Assembly: GCA_020536535.1 (NCBI GenBank)
Contig: JAHLWZ010000451.1
Location: forward strand, 1-58,486
Origin: Pelomyxa schiedti
Taxonomy: Eukaryota > Protista > Evosea
Direction: 5' to 3'
DNA length: 58,486 bases
Below are positions 32,694 to 46,683 of the stretch, in pieces. The notes under the pieces were generated by a model. That model did no database searches. It saw only the letters and a program-made list of their open reading frames with translations, and was not told the DNA's origin. The stretch's first letter is position 1, and every line of letters begins with the position of its first letter. The translations under genes were made by a program, and so were the position numbers.

Positions 32694-35600
32694 TTATGTG
32701 TCTTGGTTGGGTGGTGGGAGTGGTTCTCTTTCTTGTCTTGATGCTTTCACCAGCGAGATAATGGTTTGTTGGAATACAGCCAGTGACTTCTCTAGCTCTT
32801 CCTGCAAAGGTCGTTGATCTTGGCTTATAAGGGTTTTGTTCAAGCTCACAGCCTCAGCAAGGCACCCTGTTTATTGTTGTGTGGGTTGATTTCTAAGAGG
32901 CAAAACCAAAGTGATTGTACCTGAAAATTCTTCCATGTTGGATTCAAGGATCCCAACCTGTTCCTGGTGGAACTTGGGTTCAAGTCCTTCTTTGTTCAGA
33001 AAAATCTTTGCTATTTCCAGCGGGCCAGAGTTCACAACTGCATGTTCATGGTTAGTGATGATGTATTTTTTTAAAAGGGTTGGAGAAAGAATACAGGCTA
33101 ACAGGGACCCCTGAAGGAGTATTTGCAGAGTTTTGATATTTGTGGGTTTCTTTGCTATTTCTCTCTTAAGTCCTACTAGTTTATCCTGTATAAGCTCTAT
33201 TGCGTTCTCAATCGGGGATAGTTGTTGCTGAGGGATGTGTAAGTACAATAAATCCGTCAAAAAGGTAGTCTTTCACCTCCTCTCTTTGTATGATGGGGAG
33301 ACGCTTCAATAGATACGGGAATGACCCTTTAGTGGTGTATATCACTTTTTTTTTCCACTGTTCTTCAAGAGAGGCTCCATGTGCCTTTCCGCCTTCTGTA
33401 AAAGGCATCTCCATAAGAAACTTTGCTATATGTTGTGTTAAGGAACTTCGGAAATATAAAACCGAGACTCACAAATATTAAAGTGTTGTTCCAGTGGAGA
33501 CATGGTTCGTTTCTTTTCTGGAGACCAATAGGGAATTAATGAAGCCAATTGGATGTAATATTTATTCTGAAGAAGTTATTTCCAGGAGAGGAAAAAAGGC
33601 ACCGTACGGGATCAAGTGCAGAAGGGATAACCTCTTTGGTATTAGGGACTAGTTCAATGTCCCTGGAGGTTCCAAATTGTTCCTTGAAAAAAAAAAATAA
33701 TATGTTTGAGGTTCTTGCTGAAGATTAGCCTTTGGATCAAGTACCTTTAAACGTCTCGAAATATCTGGAAGGCGGCAAGTGCATTGTTCTTTATATACGA
33801 ATTCTTTTTGATTGAGGTCTCCCCAGCCAACTCCATAAAAAGCAACCCGGTAGTAGTTGGGCATTACTCGCATAGTACCAACATTCTTTGAATGGAACAC
33901 ATTAAAGAACATACTTGGGAGGTCAGAACATACATCTTCAACAACTTTATTGCATAAAACATTCAATGCCGAGTGTACACCACTTTGTTTTTTGTAGTTT
34001 TTATTGTATCTGTGCAACGGAAGTGTTAACAGCAAGGCATCAATTGATTCCTCATAAAGTTTGGCATGTTCCAGAGTATATACAGCATCTTTCAGCAATG
34101 CTATTATTTTTGTGTAAACTAAATGTCAACAAGAGTAATTTGTGTGTACCTTCCCACCCCGATATACTGAATTCCTGTATAAGGCAGACATCTCCCCTCT
34201 TAATGTGTGAGTCACCAGTTGGGGTAAATAAAGAGCTGTGGTACCACTGCGTGGAGCATTGAAGGAGAAGGCAATGAATTCTCTTGCAACCAGTTGGGAA
34301 AAGCTTGGAGAATCTCTGTATCCAAGAGTTTCTTGTTTGTTGTTTATTGATGAAAAAGAGTACAGGAAAGAAACCACTGGGAATTTCTGAAGGACAAATA
34401 AATACTCAGCCACAAGTGCTGCTGTCAAGATCTTTGCCTGAGCGAACTCCTCAAAATTGCCAGTCTAAAGGCCTTGTAAGGGGTATTTGATTTCCCTTTA
34501 CATACTTGATGGTGTTTGTGAGCGAGGTTATTGAGCCATGTGACTCGCAAATCAGGTGCATCCTGAAAGCCACGAGATAGTTGATGGTAAATCTCACCTT
34601 CAATAAGGTGTAAAAATAACAGTTATGTGGAAAGACGAGACACAAGTCATTTCTGGATCTAAGGAACACGCTCTGAGTTTCATATTTTCTGCAATGATAG
34701 AGTGCAGATGGTTCATCATTTTATCCTTGTATTGAGGTAAAAACCTTTATGTCGAAAAAGAGAAACAAACAACCATCTCAGACACAAAGTCCACTTGTGT
34801 GACACCTAATGACTGTGGAAGGGAGGAGTCTGTAGCAACGCCAGTGGAAGCTTGGATACTTGTACTGTTTTCAGTTGTTGCCTCACTGGCACCAGTAGAA
34901 GCCTCAGTGGTGGAAGAGATTTTTTCTTTCTGAGTACGAGATTTTCTTCTATGGCGAACGGATTTGGTTGACTCCTGACGGTGCCGTTCGAGTTCTTCAG
35001 GTATAGCCGATGTAGCTTTGGAGTGTATAGCACTCGTTATAGACGTAAGACATGACTTCAGAGACTCAAACTCATTTTGTGCATCTCCAACCATCTGCGA
35101 AAGTGAAACGACGCTCTGCACTTTCACACGAGAGATATTTCCTACCTCGGCAAAGTTTTGCTTAATACAAATTAATGACATAAGAGGGAAGAGGTTTTTA
35201 TACCAGAAGCATATTGTGAAGCAGAGAAGCCGCCTTGGAGCGCATAAGTGGATTGAGTGAGTTGCACTGGTCGAACACCTTCCTTGTAAGAAGCCCACAA
35301 ACAGAGTTTCGTGCCCTAAGACACCTTTTAAAGAATAAAGCGGAAAGGAGTTGATCACCTGAAAATGAGAAATCGATGTACCGCTATCACTGAATTGAAA
35401 ACATTAAACAAGAAGGAAACTAGCTCGCTACTGCTCTGACTTCTGAGTAGAGAGAGCAAAACCTTGTTACAATAAGTAAACGGGGGAAGGTGTGAGTTTT
35501 TTTCAAGAAAACCTCAATTAGTGAGAAGAACGATTCCATGATATCTTCATTGGTTTGGTCAATTTCTCGGAAATCATGTAGACACTGCAAAGCAATCCTG

Positions 35601-38600
35601 AGACATATCCTGTTACATTCGTGACTAAAATTCTGCCACTGAAGGTAGTAGTTAGAGGAGGGATTGTGAACTTATTATTTTACTCATGAGTTTCACGGAG
35701 AAACAAAAATTACCAGCAGAACAAGGAGTGGGGGCTGAGCTGCCGAATTTTCGGAAGTGCTTTGGCTTCTAGATGCACATTAGCTACTTGACGGGAAGTG
35801 GTGTATGTCGCACATATCCGGTGAGCTGGATTTTCTTTCCAGAACCCCTTTTGGGTCTCTTCTTGTAGAGCTTCTACTGTCTTAGACAAGATAAGAAAAA
35901 TAAAAGGAAAAGAAATATGAACCTGTGGTCACTTGACTAGTAGGAGATAGCAAAGAATTCGCTGCAGCAGTGGAGTCTACTGCAAAAGGTTGGTCAATCT
36001 CCTCACATTTCTGTGCTCCTGGATAGGCAAACTGAAACGAATCACCTTCAGGTACAATTTATGGTGGCAATACCAAATTCACACAATGCAACAACACTTT
36101 GAAAAGCTTTCTCCCTTCCTGTGGTGATTGTTTTTGCCACCATTCAGTGAGCAACTTCATATCGATATCTGGGTGTCACCTTAACAAAGGCCAGGAGGTG
36201 GAAGCAAAAAAAACCTGAAAAGATGTAGAGAAAGCATATCAACCATGGTCTTACAGAAGCTTTATTATCCTTCATTCGGAGTTCGTCCGCAAATAAAGTC
36301 TCAAAGTTACTGATCACCTTGGAGTAGATGAGATCCACAGATAACTGTGATGGAAACAACAAAAGGAAGATAAGGAAAATATAACGAGGCAATCTTTCTT
36401 CTTTCTTGTTTGTCCTTATACCGAGGGTCATGATCATGCATGAACAGTAAGTCTTTCAGAATTTCGATTGCCTTTTGAGGACTCAGATTGAAAGGGGACT
36501 AGACAATGAACCTGATACCAAATGTGTCTTGGGCTCTCTTTCACAGCAAGTTGCATTTCATACAGTAGAAGTCCAGACAAAAAATGTTTTTTCCTGGGGC
36601 CATGAGATTGAATTTTGATCAAAGAATGAATACATGAACGGTTCTAAAAGTTCCGTAGTAGTATTATCTTCTTCAGGGATATTCAAGGTGATGAAATGGT
36701 AACTGTTGAAAAGAAGCCGTAGAAATGTCCATTTGAGTTCAGCAAGTTCTGGATTAGATGCCGGAAAGCAGTTCACATATGTGTGAATCTTTGTTGAAAA
36801 AATAAGCTTAGCTGGTAAATGCAATCACTCACAAGCTTAAATAAGTATCCTTTGTTGATAACAGAAAATAATTTCTCAAGGAATAAAGCAATTTCTCTAT
36901 TGAGTAACTGAGTGATAGTGAGATTCGACTTCTTGAACAGTGGGATGGCTTTTGTGAAGGTGTGCATCAAAGTGTGCAGTTTTGCCTTGAATGACTCACG
37001 GATTACTGTTGCTACTGTTAAAACAAAAAAAGGTTACTCTATTCATATAATTTAGACTACCGTTGGACCTACCAACAGAATTCTGGAAGTTTAGCCAAAG
37101 GGTAACATCTTTGAATATTAACGTAAATAGAAACCGAGCAAAATGACATGACAGAATTTGCTTTGTTTCGCTCTATAGACTTGTCAATTCGATTGCCAAG
37201 TTTGAACTAAAGTCAACTTGAAATTGCAGGAAGTAATTCCACTGAGAAACTAAGGCTTCATGCACAGGTAACTCACTGGGCTCGAAGTTATAGATGTACT
37301 GGACATAGGTTTCCAGTATAGGATAAGATTGTTCTTGGCGGTGTTGCTGCTTGGCTACACTAGACACTATAGTCAAAGAGCAATAGAAAACTCTGGGCAA
37401 TTTGTGGAAGGTACTTGTCTAAGACAGATATCAATTGTACAAAAGCTTCTTGACTAACAGAATTTTCTTCTGTCAGTACCTGAAGAAGTCTTCTGACTAT
37501 AAGTGGGAAAAAAAGAACTTGGTCTCTATCTGTGCTTTCAATACCACGCAAAACCTTGTAAGGAGATTTAATTCTTATGAGTGGTTGGTATAACAGTACT
37601 TGCAGGCTGGGTGATTTGTCCTTAAGAAACTTGGAGAGAAGTGCATCTTTTGGGAACACCGAGGATGCCAAGTGCAAGTGGAAATTGAAAACTGGTTTGC
37701 CACCATCAATCCAACGGTTTTGCTCCCAATTGAAGTAGAAACTGCTGAGAGGGTAATGGATAGCAGGCTGTGGCTTATTATTATAATCAATGAACCTGGA
37801 CTTTTTTTACGAAGACAAGGTGGGAACAAATCTTACACTCCATCTGAATCAACAATTGGAATAACGCAATAACCCAAAGGCACTTCCAGTTCTCGGGGTT
37901 TATTCTTTTTGGGAGGGGAGCATTTGATATGGGTGAATTCAACCTGGAAGAACAATAAGTGCAAATAGAGATGCATAGAAAGAAACTAAAATATGGTGTC
38001 TAGGGGTGATGTGCTCAGGAAGTTGGATCTTAATTTCGTCAAAGACGGAGAATTTTGGCCTTTTTGTATGGTATACAACAGGAATTCTTGCTTGATTAGT
38101 GAGAGGTGATGATACAGAGTCTCCATATATAGCCTTGGAAAAAAATCAATTGGAGAAACAGGAAAAAAAGACCTACAGGGAGGCCAATAGGCCTCTCAGA
38201 AGAGTCATCTTCTACCAATTTCACAGTAAGCAAAATGTTTCTAGCAGTGCCTTCTCCTTTATAGCCAGAAAAGTTGAGACTCTCAGGATAAAAATATAGC
38301 AAATTGATGTATTCAAGATGTGGCAAAAAAGAAGAATCAGGTTGAGGAAACTCAAAAATCTCGATGTTGTTTGCTGCCTGGGATCAAGTAATGAGTTAAA
38401 CTCATTTTCTGGCACAATTACTTGAATATTTTTCCCGTCATCAATAAAGGGGGCTAGTGGACATAAACTGTAATCTAAACGGTTGACCCAGGTAGTTAGA
38501 TCAGGGTTGAATGCAATTGTAATTGTAAGTCGCCCTGGTACCAGTCTCAATTTCTAGAAAACCAATTACATGTAAGTCACTAACTAAGAAGGAACAAAAC

Positions 38601-40395
38601 CTTGCACTCCTTTTCATTTGTCAACTTGGCTAAAACACCAGGAAGATCAGAATTACATCGGAGAAGAGGGATATCAGCTTCTAATGGTCGTAATGCACCC
38701 ATTCCAAAAAGGGGCACAGCACCCATTGCAAAAACTGATATTTGGTTAATACAAGTTTTGAATTGTATGTAGAAAGAACCTTGATGAAAAAAGGAGGCCT
38801 CTGTGACACTTCCAGTTACTTGAGGTCTTCCTAACTAACGATGGAGAACTTAGTAGACAGAGGACTACTGATGTATACTTACTGAATAACTCATCAAGTT
38901 CTTACAGTAGGGTTCAGTGATCTCATCATAGTCTCCTTTTAGTGTTTTCGAAATCTCAGCACAGAGAAAAATTGTTGGGGATGGCTTTTCAACATGAAAG
39001 AGGCAGCGTTTAATCTTCAATCGATTGGGTGCCTTGTTTAATGGTCATGATTTGGTTTTTCACCCATTCTACACAAAAAAAACCTGCGGTACAAGAGGTA
39101 AGATTAGATCTGAGTTTAAGTCGACAGAGAAGTTTTCAGATAACTTCTCTTTTTTTTGTGCGTCATAGAGACACAATTTGACATAAAAAGGCTCTATTGG
39201 GGGGTTTACTAACTGCAAATGCAATTTCTGGCATTCAACAGCAATGTATACACCACTAAAAAGGTGTGATGAGGGTTAGGAGGCAAGTTAACCAAAACCT
39301 TTTGATCAAGTGCGGTGGATCAGTGTGGCGGTTATCACAAGGAGAAGAAGATAACTTGGAGCTTGGGAGTACATGAAATAGTGTTTGGGTGGGTTCCGGG
39401 CACTGTGAGAAAATGAATAAAGTTTGAAAATAATAGTCAGACTTTCTGGAGCAAATCTGAAAATTGAAGTGTTGAACCCAATAAGGATTCATCTAGAACA
39501 GTAGTGCATTCCTGTGAAATGCTTGGATTGTCAATTTCATAGGCCAACATGGCAATACTGGAATCAGTAGAAGGTGAAGAATAGCCTTTTATAATTGTGA
39601 GAAAGTGATAGTTCCAGTACTTTTAGTTGAGGAGGAGTGACGAAACTGCTTAAATCATTGACATTAGAGACACATGTCCAATTTTTTGTGAAGAGCTTCA
39701 TGGATTCACTTAATCCACCAGTTGCAGCAGTATCAATGTGTGATCCTGCCTACATACAGAAATTGATGAGTACATAGACTGGCTTTTCAATATCGTAGCC
39801 AGCTAATACACACAGGTAGTTTCGGCAATCCGTTGGCAGTGTCGAATTTCCTCACAACCTCTGTGATTTCCAGACACTTGTTTGGCCACATCAGGACCGG
39901 GTCGCGCTGAGCAGCCAATCTGGCATCAAACGAGTCCCAGTCCCAATTCACAGTCCCTGGGGCATCGTCACCACAGCCACTGACACTTCCAGCCGATGTC
40001 CCCAAATGGTCCCCTCGCCGCCCCGTGGTCACGGTTCTATTCATCGGCGTGGGCGACGATGACACCAGAGAAGGGCGGGCAGTGCAAAAGTGGCCCCCCG
40101 GCCCCTCGGAGCCAGACCGCGGCGGCCGCGTCGAGCCGTCGATGGGGCTGGCCGAGTTGCTCCGCGGGCGGTGCTGCCCCAGCAGGGTCCCCTCGGACGG
40201 CGCGGTGATGGGCGCCAGGGGAGGCGGCGGGATCGCGGGAGGAGTGCCGCGGAGCACGGTGGCGGGGATGGAGATGGTCGTGGCGGTGCGGGAAAAGCCG
40301 CCGCCGCTGGGCATCGACGCGGAGACAACGAGGGGAGGGGGTGGCGACAACGGCAGCGTCTTGGGGGGGTCCACAACCACGTTGCCCCTCTGCAT
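32694..40395 (-). CDS. DOCK-family Rho/Rac GEF (DOCK-C/D, zizimin-like; DHR-1 C2 and DHR-2), many exons
   Basis: YINLLYFYPESLNF..ARNILLTVKLVEDD (DHR-1). YYRVAFYG..KEFVYKE, MPFTEGGKAHGASLEEQWKKK..FPYLLKR, LSPIENAIE and LQILLQGS..VNSGPLEIAKIFL (DHR-2). Confidence 0.92.
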
Positions 40396-40598
40396 TCGTA
40401 TTTTGGTTCTTTTTGTCTTTTTGATTCCGATGGTCTTTGCCAACGAACTTCGGCCACACCCGATACCCGAAGGGAAAACTCATTCCCGTAACCATCAACA
40501 TCCTTGTTTTCGTGTTCTTCACCGATGAATGCGTTGACGTCCTTGTGAGTAGCACCCAACGAAGTTGTGGCAAAACAGTACAGTGGTTGATTGAAGAC

Positions 40599-41411
40599 TC
40601 AGTTCTGACGACGGTGGGGAGGGCGAGGAATTTCGTTGTGCGCCGTTGAAGGTGCCGGCGTTGTGGTAATTTCTGGTGGATTCATGGTAGAATTTGCCTG
40701 GTGCGGTTCTGCTTCTTCGCCGTGAGTTGCCGTTGTTGGGTTAGTGGGCATCTCGGCATTGGCTTGCGTGACTTTTGGTTCGATTGCTTCTTGAACGTCC
40801 AAGGTGTTGTTGACATTACAGCTTCTAATTATCTATATGGAGTATGAGATAAGTGTCCCTTATTTGGAGTATTACATACAACAACAAGCCGTGGATAGGA
40901 AACAAGCTCAACAGGATGCTGTGCCAGTTCCGTTGGATGCACTTCCCTTTGATGTTGCTTTGGTATTGCTGGCTGTTCTCTTCCAACCTCTGTCTCTGTC
41001 TCTTCCTCCGTCTCCGTCTCTGTATCCGTATCTACTAACTCTGCACAACAACTAGCATGTTCTAGGCTCTCAACTTTCTCACGGATTGATGAAAACCTGG
41101 ATTTTGGTTTCAATCCCACCACTGAGTGCAATGGAAGACTGTTCCGTAGATTGCATTTTCGAGCTGTTCGAGGGTGTTTTTTGCGGCAGCGAGACAGGTG
41201 CTGAGACAGGTTGTTCACTGCGTGTCTCCTCGTCGAGCACGCATACCACCCCGGCCTTTTGTACTCGGTGCATAGTGGGCACATGTAGGGTTTGTTCTTG
41301 CTTTCTGGGATCAGGCCTTGTGCTTGCTCCCATACAGAGAGATCTGTGTCAATAAGTAAAAGATAGTCTCGCAAACCAATACATTTACTGACCCGATGTC
41401 TCTCGGCCCAT
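40599..41411 (-). CDS. Second member of the RPGW zinc-finger family (one finger plus an acidic tract)
   Basis: WEQAQGLIPESKNKPYMCPLCTEYKRPGWYACSTRRHAVNNLSQHLSRC. The first exon MGRETS and the last exon ending at 40599 are inferred. Confidence 0.7.
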
Positions 41412-41675
41412 GGTGCTTATCACGGTTCTTTGTTTCTTTTATTTTTGTTAGGGTCGCAACCTGTTTATTTTACATGCTTATTTTTAGGTCTGATGAGATG
41501 TAGACCACGTCTCATCACTCCCCTCCATCAAGTTCAGGGGTGAGCAAGGCGTACTTAGGGCAGCTGCACAACTAGTAGGCAAGAGGTGAATGGGGCAGGT
41601 CACTGGCAGGTAAGAGGAAAACAAGGGTTCGGTCCCACACTTTCCCTTCGCGGTATTGGTGATTTTCTCGTAAAG

Positions 41676-42129
41676 ATGCACGAGCAGTTTCAGCGCGAAC
41701 ACACGCAACACCAGCAATTCCTCCAGCAGCACCTGTCACAAATTGCGCAACAGATACCCACACCGCGAGCAACAACTACTCGCACGCCCGTCTCCACGCC
41801 GCCCACGCCAATGCACGCCACCACGGCCCCGCAGCTTCTCGTGCACCCGCCGCCGACGTCCTTCGCTACGGCGACGCCCCTGCAGCACTTGCAGTCGACG
41901 CCTCAGCAGCGCCCGCAGCCGCAGTCTCCTCAGGTTTATTCTATGCGAGGCGGAGGGGCGACGACGGCGACGGTTCAACAGGCGTCGCCGGGCTTTCAAT
42001 TCCCGCAGTTGCAGGTTCAGCAGCCGAGGTTGGAGGTGAGGTTTAGAACAAGGTCAGGGAGGCTGGATTGGGCTTCAATTGCATCGGTGGACCCTGCTAG
42101 GGTGCTGAGGGAGGTTTGTAATTTTTTTT

Positions 42130-42182
<53 letters not shown>

Positions 42183-45100
42183 TTTTTTTTTGTTTCTGTT
42201 TACTTTCACTTTATTTTTATCTGGAGTTTTTCTTAAATGCAAGCTACAGGGTGATGTGAACACTCTGAGAGCACTGGTGGATAATATCACTTTCTCGAAT
42301 GTCGAATTGGAGGGTATGTTACACCAAATCCGCACAATTCGATTCAAATTTCTATTTCGCCCAGCAAATGCACCCAGTGGTCTTGTAAAAGTTGTTCAGC
42401 TGTCACAGTTGATGATAGAATTCTTCCATACACTCTACCAACAGGTGGAGACTCACTGCAATTCTCTTCAAGTGCGACTATCTGCAGTGACTGAAGAACG
42501 TGACCTACTAAGGTCTCATCTTACCACCAGGGTAGTTAGGGGAATTTTCGACATCAGTACTCCTAAAATCTCCTTTGTTTCTTTTTTTTTTTTAGACTGA
42601 CGAACTGAACATGATCAAGAGAGAAGCTCGGCAATTAAAGAAAACTGCCAGTGCACTACAAATGGCACTTGATATGTCAAACAATGACGGTGCTCCTCTG
42701 ACCATGCTTGCTTCTGGTACTGTCTGGGTAATATTTTTAGTTTCCTATTTTCTCCCCTCAAAGTTCTCCAGAAATGCCCACTATGCAAGAAGATTTTCAA
42801 AACAGGGGATTTCCTGGAGTCGCATGTCAACAGACGTCACCCCTTGGAAACCAATAATCCAGCTGTGAGAGCTTTGCTGGAGCAAAGAAGCACACAAAGA
42901 AAAAATTGTTACCCTCCAGTGGTGATGACATCTGTTCCACCAATAACCCCTCAGACACCCTCTACACCACAAATGGGAACCGAGGCCACACAAAAAAGAG
43001 TGGAAGATGAGATGAAATTACTTCACCAACATATTTCTGAAATGGCTGAAAAATTAAAGCGTGAGTGTCTGACTACTTTTCTCTTGTTCACTTGCATGTT
43101 GAAGAGTCTTTTGGAGCTGAGCTGACACAAGAAAGAGAACTATTTACACAGCGTGCCTTAAAGTGCACTTCTTTTCTACTATTGAAGTTCTCACTTATCT
43201 CCAGACTCCAAGAAGATGTTACAACAATCCAACGAGAAATGCAAAGATCTCTTTGTGATGTTCGAGTGGAAATTGCACGCAAATCGCAACAAGAACAATT
43301 GGCGGTTTGCTCTTTCTTTCTTTTTCCCCCTCATGTTTATGTTCATATCTAAATAGATGGGAAAGCAAGCTTCCCTTCAGAGAGCATATGAAAAATCAGG
43401 GATTATTGGCATAGACAGTGACCCTGATATCAAACAGTAATCTATTTGTTACCATAATATCTTTTTTTTTTACTTCCCCTTGAAGACCCTCTGTGATGAC
43501 TCGTCACATACAAGTTTCACGTGCACAAGAAAATGTACTGCTCCAACCTGAAGGCACTTCACAGGATAAATGTAGTCCTTCTTCCTTTTTTACATTGAAA
43601 GAAACCTGATTTTCCGAAGTAAATAATGAATTAAGATGTTGGAATAACTTCTCACACTTATGACATAGTTGAGACACCACTCGAAGAAATGAGAAAGTCT
43701 ATGAGAAATTCCCAGCCACATACTACTGAAATTATTGACAATGAAGGAGAAGAAATGGACAGCGGTTCCCCACATTCTTTTCCTGTAGAGCCCATTGAGG
43801 TTTGCAACAGCCACTTTCTTCAGTATGCAACTGATTGAGTAATTCCTACAAGCAAGTTAGCTTACAGGACGAGTATCCAAGCACTGAAAAAACCCAGCAG
43901 TGGTTCGCAGATAAAAGTACCCAAGAGGAGGACAATGTACCAACTTATGGTTCAGATGTCCAAGACAATGTCCAAGACCCAGACTCGCAACCAATTCCAG
44001 AAGATACAACCGCCACTGTGAGGAGGCCAACTGACACGGGATGTACGTCCTGCTCTTCTCGTCGGCGTGGCCAAATTCCGTCTTTACTCTACCCATTTCA
44101 TCACTCATTAGCCCACAGTTGTGCTGCTTAAAACTCGTCCATATTTAAAGACTCAGTATCACCACTCCGAAGCAGGGATAGCAATAAAACGTGATTCTGT
44201 GCAAGCTCAGCTGATGGCAGTCATTAGGTCTATGAATCCTCTTGATCCAGAACTGCAATTCTTGAAAGATGAAGAACTGGAAACTCTCCAACAAGTAAGG
44301 GTTCTAACTTCTTTTAGCTTTTTTGCTATAACATCCTAGTTTATTACAGCTAAACGATCCAGTGTTCTTTCTGACGAGCGGCTCCACTGGATTGAGCAAG
44401 TTGATGAACTTGTTTCCAAGCACTATAAACCGCTCTTTATTCCTGCAGAAAACCATACCACCTTGAAGCGCAGCCTCAAGCATAGTACTATGCCAAAGAA
44501 GCTGTCAAATCTCAGCAGGTCACAGGCAAAGTCTAATAAGAAGCAGAGGCCAATACCATCGTCTTCAACCACAAAAAGTAACAGGAAGAGTGCCACCCTT
44601 CCACCGCTAGTTGGGCGTAATAATGCGATTCCATCACAAAAAGATCGCAACTCTCCTCTAAAGCAAGGTCCTCCTCTAAGTAATTCAACCAACATCCGGC
44701 ATCCACAAAAGCCAGTAGGCAGTACATTTGGAACGGTGGAAGAGCGGAAAAAAGATTCAAGTAATGCACAACAACCCGTAGCACCCAAAATCTTCAGTCA
44801 TACTGGGCCAATCCAAGTCAAATCCGTTTTCAGTCTGAGCAAAGATGCAAGTGGAGATTCCTCTCAAGAAGAACAGAAAGACTCTGTAAGTGTGCTTGGA
44901 GATGCGGATGTCAATCCTAGCAGTGACGACTTGCAAAATCAAACACTCCCTGCATCTGTTTCAAACTTCGTGGAAAACTCCAATTCTGGCAGTGATCAGG
45001 ATCAAGAACACGCGAGTGACAGGGATCACTCAGATTCACAGTTGCAGGCACAAATGCACTCACACTCCGATAGTGAACCGTCTCAAAGCCAGGAGAAAGG

Positions 45101-46532
45101 ATTCACTAGACAGCACAAAGGTGTAAGAAAACGTTCAAATACTGCTCCGAAACAACCTGCAAAAACCAGCAGCACAACCCCCAAGGTGACTTTCGCAAGA
45201 CAACGGTCCGGATCTGTTCCTAGCAAGGGTGCGCCTACCCCTGAGGTAATTGATTCCGAAAGTTCATACATACCAGAAATAAATTAAGTTAGGATTCGTC
45301 GGAAGAAGCTGTACCACCGTTAGTGCCACCTATACCTGCCCAACCAGTAATGTATTCCTTTTTTCCACTTCTACTTAATACAGTTCAGAATTCTGTGATG
45401 ACACCAGCGCCAGTGGCACAACTAAACCAAACAGTGGCCCCTGTAACAAATACTTCAGGAACCACGTCACCAACCAAGTCAATGACAGCTGGTTTAAAGT
45501 CCCTGATGAAGAAAGTCTCCAGGTTTCCTTTTGTAAGTCCGTTAAACATAAAAAGCATTCCTCACCGAGTGATTTCTTAATGCAGGGGAAAAAAAAGGAT
45601 ACACAAACTGCCACAACCACGTCGACAAGTCCCACAGGCGTCACTCCACCTACTACGGGCACACCATCTGCCCCATTGGGAGGGGTAACTACAGCCGTAA
45701 ATAGTGGAACTCCTGTTACAGCTGGTTCTGTTCAAGGCTCTGCCTCAGGGGTCGGTACTGTCAATGCAACTTCTGGTAATGGAAGTGGAGATTCTGACAG
45801 TGGATTTGGTGGATATGCTGGAAGCAGCGGCAGCCAACATCACTCCCGATCGAGTTCAGGGAACGCCTCCCCCTCACACCAGGACAACCTGGAAATCCTT
45901 GATGATGTTCCGGTAATGGACACCTTTTTTCCCGAAACGTAACTAACCATTCCTCAGGATGCGGAAAACCAATCAGAGTCGGAATTTGCCTCCCATCAAG
46001 GTACTGAGCAGGATGTACTTGGCTCTGAGGTAAGCGAAATCTCTCTTTCCATCAGCCCCAGGACTCAGCAATTAACAGCATGAAGGGAGTGGATCCCACC
46101 ACTCTCAAAGTAACGACGGGGGAGATAATGACCAGATTGGGGACAGTCTGGATGGCCTGAACCCTCAAAATACCACGCTGACCCAAAATACAACGGACAT
46201 CGAAGTTTTATCTGTACAGTCAGTCACCGGCAGCGGGCACAGCGATTCACAGTTGCAAAAAATTCCTCCTCATTTCATCTCAAACTAAGAGTATCCAGGA
46301 TTCGGCAGGGAGGTGGAAGAAGCGGGAGCGGCTCAGCCAGCAACGTTTACAACAACAACGACAACGACAACGACAACAATCCCGGGTTGCAGAGTATCAA
46401 CAGTGACGAGGATGCAAGCGCAAGTGCACAGCCTTCCAGGGGGAATGCCTCCTCACCTAAAAGTGCTGTTTTTGTTACTCCTTTCCAATCTTTACACAAT
46501 CCACAGACTATGATGACTGGGACGACACATAG
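41676..46532 (+). CDS. DZIP1: DZIP1/Iguana-like cilium/basal-body protein (Dzip-like N domain, coiled coil, C2H2 finger, long disordered tail)
   Basis: RFRTRSGRLDWASIASVDPARVLRE|GDVNTLRALVDNITFSNV, LVKVVQLSQLMIEF and KCPLCKKIFKTGDFLESHVNRRHP. The 3' end is less certain. Confidence 0.8.
42132..42181. repeat. Poly-T tract (about 50 nt) in an intron
   Basis: Homopolymer run. Confidence 0.95.
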
Positions 46533-46683
46533 CACCCCAACCAGATGTGAATGTAAATAAAAGTCTCACAGACTTCTGTTCTCATCAGTTTCTTCTTCTG
46601 TTCTCATTGCATTCCGCGGTTGAAAACAAAGCAAAAAAAGAGGAATCTGTTGGAGCCACGAATCGAAAACAAAACAAAAAAAA

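Noticed and set aside
42132-42181. Poly-T as a retroposon tail
   Set aside because: No adjacent element body or target-site duplication is visible; it lies in an intron, and shorter T/A runs are common in this window.
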